Part shown: piece by piece, positions 57,401 to 64,000 of the stretch
Layout of the letters: each line of letters opens with the position of its first letter
How positions within the stretch are numbered: the stretch's first letter is position 1
Assembly: GCF_009914755.1 (NCBI RefSeq)
Contig: NC_060934.1
DNA length: 64,000 nt
Reading direction: 5' to 3' (one strand)
From: the human T2T-CHM13v2.0 reference genome, Homo sapiens
The notes under the pieces: generated by a model
Seen by the model: the letters and a program-made list of their open reading frames with translations, nothing else
Databases searched by the model: none
Told to the model about the DNA's origin: nothing
Made by a program: the position numbers and the translations under genes

Positions 57401-58979
57401 GAGGAAAAGCCACATTTACAGCAATTTCTGAAGTCTTTTCATTTTTTCCCCCTGAATCACATCCATAATAGGATTTGAATTTAATAAACTGCTGAAGGTT
57501 CCTGGCCCTGAGTCCCAGTGTCCTCCCAGCCCCCGCCCAGCTGTGGGTGTGCATGGGGAGCGGTACGAGGGAGGGTAAAATGGGCCCCTGGGACGCCGCG
57601 TGCAGAGCAGAGATGAATGGCCCGAAACCCTCGCGCTGCTCTGCGCCCTTCCTCATCCAGTCGGGGTGGTTAGGGACTGTCAGAGAAAAATAATTTAGCG
57701 GCCATGGCTCTAACTGATGTGCTGCATTCTGGGGTCAAATGACTTTTACAAAGTAGTAGTGCTGCCTGGTTTCTCCATCGTGAGAGCTCAGGGCTGACAA
57801 CATGAAAGAAAAAGGCACTGCAGCCAGAATTCACTGACATTCTTCACATTTCACATGAGTGGGACGCAGGAGGGGGGCTGGGGAGGGTGGAGGGATGTTT
57901 CCTGCTTAACAGATTCAACAGAAGAGTGGCAGGCTCAGCTGGGTGAGCAAGGTATCCCAGCGACGGGGGACACCCCCCAGACCATGGGTGGTGGGGCTTC
58001 TCAGAGGAGGTGGCAGGAGACCCGAGCCTGCCAAGGTTGCACCTAAGGTCACGGGCAGCATTAGGAGGGCTCTCTCCCAGTCTCCCCACCCCCCCGTCCC
58101 CCCTCCCCCAGGCTGCAGGGGTGAAGTGGCTTCCAGGACGGTCACTGGCAAGTTTAAGCTACAGAGAGTGTAGAAACAGGGTGAAAAAGGAAGAGAGAGG
58201 GGAGTAAATAAGAAGGAGGTGTAAGAAAAGACCAAGCCAGGCCCCAGCGCCCTTGTGAGGAAGTGCCCAGGGACTTATGTGGAAGCCGTCCTTGCTGTCT
58301 GCCACCTTGTTTTTACTTACATTGTGTTTTTATTTGAGGGCGAGTTTGGACGGCAAGACTGATGGAGATTGTGGTCTAAATGCCTCTAACCCACTCCTTA
58401 AAATGACCACCGGATGTTCCACAAGTACTTGAAAATGAATGAATGGCTTCCCGAGAGGCAGAAGGCAGGGGTGTGCCCTACCCCACGCCGGCCAAGAGTT
58501 CAACAAGCATTGGTTGACAAGTGAATAGTGAGCACTTGAACCCAGTCACAATTCAAGATGAGGGCTCTGCCATGACGCATGTGGTCTGTGTCACCCTGCA
58601 GTCTCCCTGAGCAGTGTCTGAGGTTCGAGTGGGACCCTACATTCGTGAAGAGATTTATCATCTCCCCAGGCAAAATAACAGATTCTGTCCTAGGTGTTGT
58701 GATGTAACAATGGTAGCGATCACAGCCATAACTTACAATTATTGCATACTTACGACGAGTCCCGCACTGGGCTAAGTGCTTTTTAACTATGTGAAATGTT
58801 TCTTTCCTTGATTGATGCCAAAATGAATAAAGATAATTTTCTGTATCTGCTACATTAGTGATGCCCACAGATAATTCTGAACATGATAAGAGAAAAGATA
58901 ATTTGCATAAATCAGCCATTGCAAGACTTGGCAGGATAAGATTGTTTTAAAATGGTATCAGAATAGTTTCTGACAGATA

Positions 58980-59324
58980 GGAGGCAGGAGAATAGGGTCA
59001 GGAGGCAGGAACATAAGGCTGGTGCACACTGACTTCCTAGAGCTGAATCAAATGGAAATACTTCAGCGATGACAGGAAATGTCCTCTCCATTTACACAGG
59101 GCCTACGCCGAGTAACCAATGGAAATCTCTAGAGGGTATTTAAACCCCAGAAACTTCAGTAACGGGCTCTTGGGCCCCTGTGCTCAGGTGCTCCCACCCC
59201 GTGGAGTGTGCTTTCATTTCCCAGAAATATCTGCTTTTGTTGCTTCGTTCTTTCCTTGCTGTGTGGGTTTTGTCCAGTTCTTTGCTCAAGGCGCCAAGAA
59301 CCTGGACACCTCCAACCGGTAACG
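58980..59324 (+). mobile_element. Solo LTR, MER51B-like (ERV1)
   Basis: GAGGCAGGAGAATAGGGTCAGGAGGCAGGAACATAAGGC...CACACTGACTTCCTAGA...GTCCAGTTCTTTGCTCAAGGCGCCAAGAACCTGGACACC...CCGGTAAC. CCAAT at 59116-59120 and TATTTAAA at 59137-59144. Confidence 0.8.
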
Positions 59325-59379
59325 CCCAGACAGTTGAGAACATGTCTGGAGTGAGTGAAGGTAATCGCAGGTTAGAAGG

Positions 59380-60940
59380 CGGACCCACAGCTGCGCAGGA
59401 AGGAACCGGAGGGGTCCTGCCGGGCAGAGTGAGGCCCAGCTCCCCACTCTCGCTCCGGCCTCCTCGGCCTCCCAGCGCGATTCTCCCTTGGACCAGGGAC
59501 CCCGTCTGGATCCTGCCGGGCTGGCGGCCTCTCCGGCTGCTCCCAGGCACAGGGCGCCTCCCTGGTGGAAAACTTGACCCCAATTTTACCCGGCACGACC
59601 ATCCGACCCTACGCGTGGAGACCCAGTCACGGACGAAACCTGGCACGGGGGACCCGTCCCTCCCCCTGCAGACAGAGGCGCCCTGGCCGCTCCCCACCCG
59701 GCCTCGCTGTCTTCTCCCGGGCAGCCGCATTGTCACCCTCAAAACCGCCGGCAGCACCTGTTCTCCCATCAATCACCTCACCAGGCCGGGAGACATTCTT
59801 TCCCCTCCCGCTCCACGCGGCCTCTCCTTCTCCGAGAAGCCTGGACGCCACTCCCAACAGGGAAAGGTCAGGGTCTCCCCCGCGCCCCCAGCGCCGCCCG
59901 TTCCCCCTGCACCCGCCGCGCCCCTCACCTGCGGCATTGGCGTCCTCCTGGCCCTGCCGGGCGCGTGGCCGGGCATCTGGATGTCGAACAGCTCCTGCAG
60001 TGCGGCCTGCGCGGCCTGACCCCGGGCCAGCTTCTTGCTGCGCCCCGAGCCCTCGAACGTCCTGCCGTCCACGCTCACGGCCATCACGAAGCTCCGCGCG
60101 CGCCGCTCGGCCGGTTCTGCCAGACACACGTAGCGCAGCCCGGCGCGCAGGCGGTTCAGCAGCACCACGGGGTTGCGCTCGCCCGGGGCCGCGGGGGTGG
60201 CGGGGGTCGGGCCCACCAGGTCCAGCGCGCGGCACAGCAGCCGCCGTCGCCCGTAGGCCGCGGACAGAAGCGCGGCGTCCCCGGGGCGGCCTCCCGCGAG
60301 TCCGGGGCGCGGCGCCGGGGGCTCGAACTCCTGGAAGAGCGTGTCGGGGAAATCGGCCTGGTCGGAGGTGAAGTCCGTGCCGGGGCCCGGGCCCCCGCCC
60401 ATGGCCAGGTGCGCCTGGCAGGCGTTGGGGAACTGCACGAAGGACCTGAGTGCCAGCTCCGCCGCGCGCATCTTGGCCTTCTTCTTGGTGGGGCCTGTGC
60501 CCTCGAACGTGAGCCCGTTCACCTCCACCGCTACCGCGAAGACCGGGGCATGCACCGGGCCCGTCTGCGACACTGTCCGGTACTGCAGGCCCGGCCTCAG
60601 CTCGTGCAGCTGCACCAGCGCGTTCTTGGGCGCCACCGACCACGACAGCTTCTTCCAGACCAGCTGCAGTTTGCACAAGTGGCCCCCATTCCCCTCCTCC
60701 AGCGGCCGCTTCCTCTTCGCGCCGGGCGCGCCGCCCCGGGCCCGGTCCCCGGAGGGCGGTGGCCGCGCGGCCAGGTTGCCCACGTTGCGGTTCTCCTTCA
60801 CCTCCGCGCTGCTGGTACCTGGAGGGGAGAACAGACCAGTCAGGAGCCTGGGCGGGCGCCGGCAGGTCGATGGGCACAGCAGGCACTCCCTGAGGGTCCC
60901 CGTCCCAGCGACCTCGCCGCCCGCGCCCCCAGGTCAGGCC
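59380..60940. promoter_or_regulatory. Intragenic CpG island covering the ADARB2 dsRBD exon
   Basis: Very high GC content and dense unsuppressed CpG compared with the CpG-poor flanks. Confidence 0.88.
59929..60818 (-). CDS. ADARB2: ADARB2 (ADAR3) internal coding exon (exon 3, 890 bp): basic NLS-like KRKRP motif, dsRBD1 and dsRBD2
   Basis: Acceptor ...TGTTCTCCCCTCCAG|GTACC with a CTGAC branch-point motif ~22 nt upstream, and donor CCGCAG|GTGAGG. Translation [14 protein letters not shown]...[11 protein letters not shown]...[20 protein letters not shown]...NPVVLLNRL...[24 protein letters not shown]...TPMPQ matches ADAR3 as I recall it. The ORF track's start (GTG 60801) and its tail (59773-59928) are artefacts of ignoring splicing. 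Confidence 0.97.
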
Positions 60941-61419
60941 TGAGAAATGACTGTGGCCGCCAGAGAGAGGGAGCCCCTGGGAGCCTATGGCCCATGCGGG
61001 GAAGTAGCGTCCTTGGTCCCTTGCTGAGGGCCTGTGGCTAGGAGCTGTCGTCTTCTGGGCTGGCTCCTGTTTTAAGTGAGGCTGTGTCTCACAAACAGAC
61101 AAGCGCCCCTGACTTTGTACAAGTTTTGGGCAATGTCAAAGGTCAGAGAGGCCTTTCCCGGGGTGGTGTGGTCTAGTGTCCCCCTTCCCACCTGCTACAG
61201 GGACCTCCAGGCCCGGTGCCCAATGCCCCCCCAATACTGAGGGTCAGGGGGTCCGGCCCCCAAACTCTACTTCCTCACTCACAGCTAGAGGCAGACAGGT
61301 GGTGTCTCCTGAGAACTCCCTGGAGGAAACCCTAGGAGCTGGCCCAGGTGAGGCACTGCGGCCTTGGGGTGAGTCCCTGGCCTTTCTCCTGGAGAAGGGG
61401 CACACCTATTCAGTAAATA

Positions 61420-61628
61420 CGGTTGGTCCTCTGTATTCCTGAGTTCCCCATCTAGGGATTCAACTAACTGTGGAGAGAAAGTATTCGGGAAAAAATGGAT
61501 GAATCACTACGGAACGTGTACAGACATTTTTCTTGTTATTAGTCCCTAAACAATACAGTATAACAATGATTTGCATAGCGTTTACACTGTATTAGGCAGT
61601 ATGCGTCATCCAGAGATGATTTAAAGTA
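61420..61628 (-). mobile_element. MER2 (Tigger-family MITE), one half, interrupted by Tigger1
   Basis: GGATTCAACTAACTGTGG...TGTACAGACATTTTTCTTGTTATTAGTCCCTAAACAATACAGTATAACAA...AGAGATGATTTAAAGTA equals the reverse complement of the MER2 right half. Preceded by TA. Confidence 0.8.
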
Positions 61629-62440
<812 letters not shown>

Positions 62441-62559
62441 AGGAACCCAGGCCACTTGCTTGGTTTCTGCCCCTGGGAGTCTTACCACCTTCATCAGACT
62501 GGCAAGCACTTTAAAAAGACCTGTAATGTCGCAGTGTTTTCAGGTAGGTACCATAGGTC

Positions 62560-62900
62560 GGTGGTCAGGAGCACAAGCACAGCTCCTTTGGAAAGCATTT
62601 TGGGAGCTTCGGGCAAGAATAAAGAAACACACACCTTACTCAGCAATTCTGCCACTGGAGATGCATCCTAGAGAAACCTTCATACACAGAGGCAGAACTG
62701 AACAAAGGTGTGCACTGCAGCATGCTTTCACAAAACTGAAAACTTTGAAAATGCCCAAGTTTCTATGGTTAGAGGAATGATGAGTCATCAGTGAAATAAT
62801 CACACTACAGAATACTATATAGCAGTTGCATGTAATGGACTATGTCTGTATGCTTCAATGTAGATGAATCTCAAGAAATAGGATGCCAGATAATAAAATT
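62560..62900 (+). mobile_element. Ancient L1ME-like 3' fragment
   Basis: CTTTGGAAAGCATTTTG...CAGCAATTCTGCCACTGGAGATGCATCCTAGAGAAA...AGAATACTATATAGCAGTT...GATGAATCTCAA. Confidence 0.55.
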
Positions 62901-64000
62901 GACTTGCAAAGTAACCCATAGGATAGGATATTATTATAAGAACACCGACGTTCTATATTCTTCATGCAGCCATGCGTCTGTGACAAGGCTGCTGATGCGT
63001 GGGTAATAAAGATCCAGTCCAGTCTCCCCTGGAGAGTGTAGGAGGGAAGTGCAATGAGGGGCTGGGGGGTGACTTCACGTGTGACTTCAGTGCTTTATTT
63101 CTTTTGCAGAAAATGCTCTGAAGTCCATTTAGCAAAATCATCATTTGCCAGCTGGGGTGATGAATGCATTTGATGATGATTTAATTTTTCTGGACTGACC
63201 ATCCTGGACCACTGTTTTCTGGCAAAGCTGTTCCATTAGGGAATCTCAGCCATGGATGGCCCCACGACCTGCTGGGTCCATACTGCCCTCGCTGGTGAAT
63301 GTGCTTCTGGAAGGCTCCATGAGGGTTTACTACAAAATACTCTGAGAATTATGGTAGTGAGCTGTGCCCTTGCCCCACCCTGAGGCTTGGCTCATGCAGA
63401 ACCTGGACTTTGCTGCTTCCCATTGCCCCAGTCAGCCCTGGGGAGGGTATTAATGTCCGATTTTCTCAGTGGGGAAGTTCCTTTACTGAGGTTGCAGAGT
63501 TTATTAGTTGGTCGCAGTGCAGTTCAGTCCTAGGCATCGGATCACCCTCGTCTGTGTTGTTGCTGTAAAGGTGATTTTATGGAAACTGATTACTTCCATC
63601 ATTGTCTTGGCCTATGTACAGTAACACCCTTTTCTGGGCCCTCTGGAAGAGGAAGATGAAGCTGAGCCCACAGGCTGCCCCACGTGTGACCGGATGGTGA
63701 GCTGTCCCAGGCAAGAACACACAGGCTTCCCTTCACTCATTGGCTTTGTCCGTGGGGACAGGCTCTTCTGCCAGGTGTGGATGAGTTTTTTCTCATTAAG
63801 CAAGTGGAAACTTGAGGCAATTTTTACAGCTAACCCACAACTTAGAAATAGAGGTTGAGTGCGGCTGGATGTTGACACGTGCATCTGCTGGCCATGTGGC
63901 CCGAAAGTCAAGCAGGAATGAGGCCTGGCTGGCCCAGCCCCACGCTCCCCGCCCCTCAGCTTATGACATCGTTGTTGGAGAATAATAAAAACATACATTT

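Noticed and set aside
60813-60820. AG|GT at the exon 3 start as a recursive splice site
   Set aside because: The reconstituted donor GTACCA is a poor match to GTRAGT.
60819-60870. Paralog of the ADAR2 (ADARB1) auto-editing AA->AI acceptor 47 nt upstream of the dsRBD exon
   Set aside because: The equivalent dinucleotide here (60867-60866) reads AC, not AA. A genomic AG 29 nt upstream lies 5' of the likely CTGAC branch point, so it is an unlikely acceptor.
59180-61102. Several 200-490 aa ORFs overlapping exon 3 on both strands
   Set aside because: Stop-poor frames are expected in a very GC-rich CpG island, and as the antisense shadow of the true ADARB2 frame.

Overview
This window is primate, almost certainly human, genomic DNA from inside the ADARB2 (ADAR3/RED2) gene, which runs on the minus strand. 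Only one real coding exon is present: an 890-bp exon (59929-60818) in a CpG island, encoding a KRKRP basic motif and both double-stranded-RNA-binding domains. I number it exon 3 from memory. The rest is intron. It holds a disabled L1PA3-like LINE running off the left edge, several older L1/L2/MIR fragments, four Alus, a 5.56-kb internally deleted HERV-H provirus with two LTR7s, a MER51-type solo LTR and a nested MER2>Tigger1>Alu stack. It also holds two large GC-rich minisatellites (18-bp and 42-bp units) that produce the long artefactual ORFs. I see no clearly new biological system. The best leads are: a candidate cryptic 26/51-nt exon at about 30.45-30.50 kb; asymmetry between the HERV-H LTRs, where only the 5' LTR keeps a SOX-type motif; an E-box-dense VNTR; a possible antisense transcription unit at 56.5-58.85 kb with an antisense LTR pointing into exon 3; and a possible decayed piggyBac-type transposase remnant. 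Repeat subfamily names come from recalled consensus sequences, not a database search, and boundaries of old repeats are approximate.
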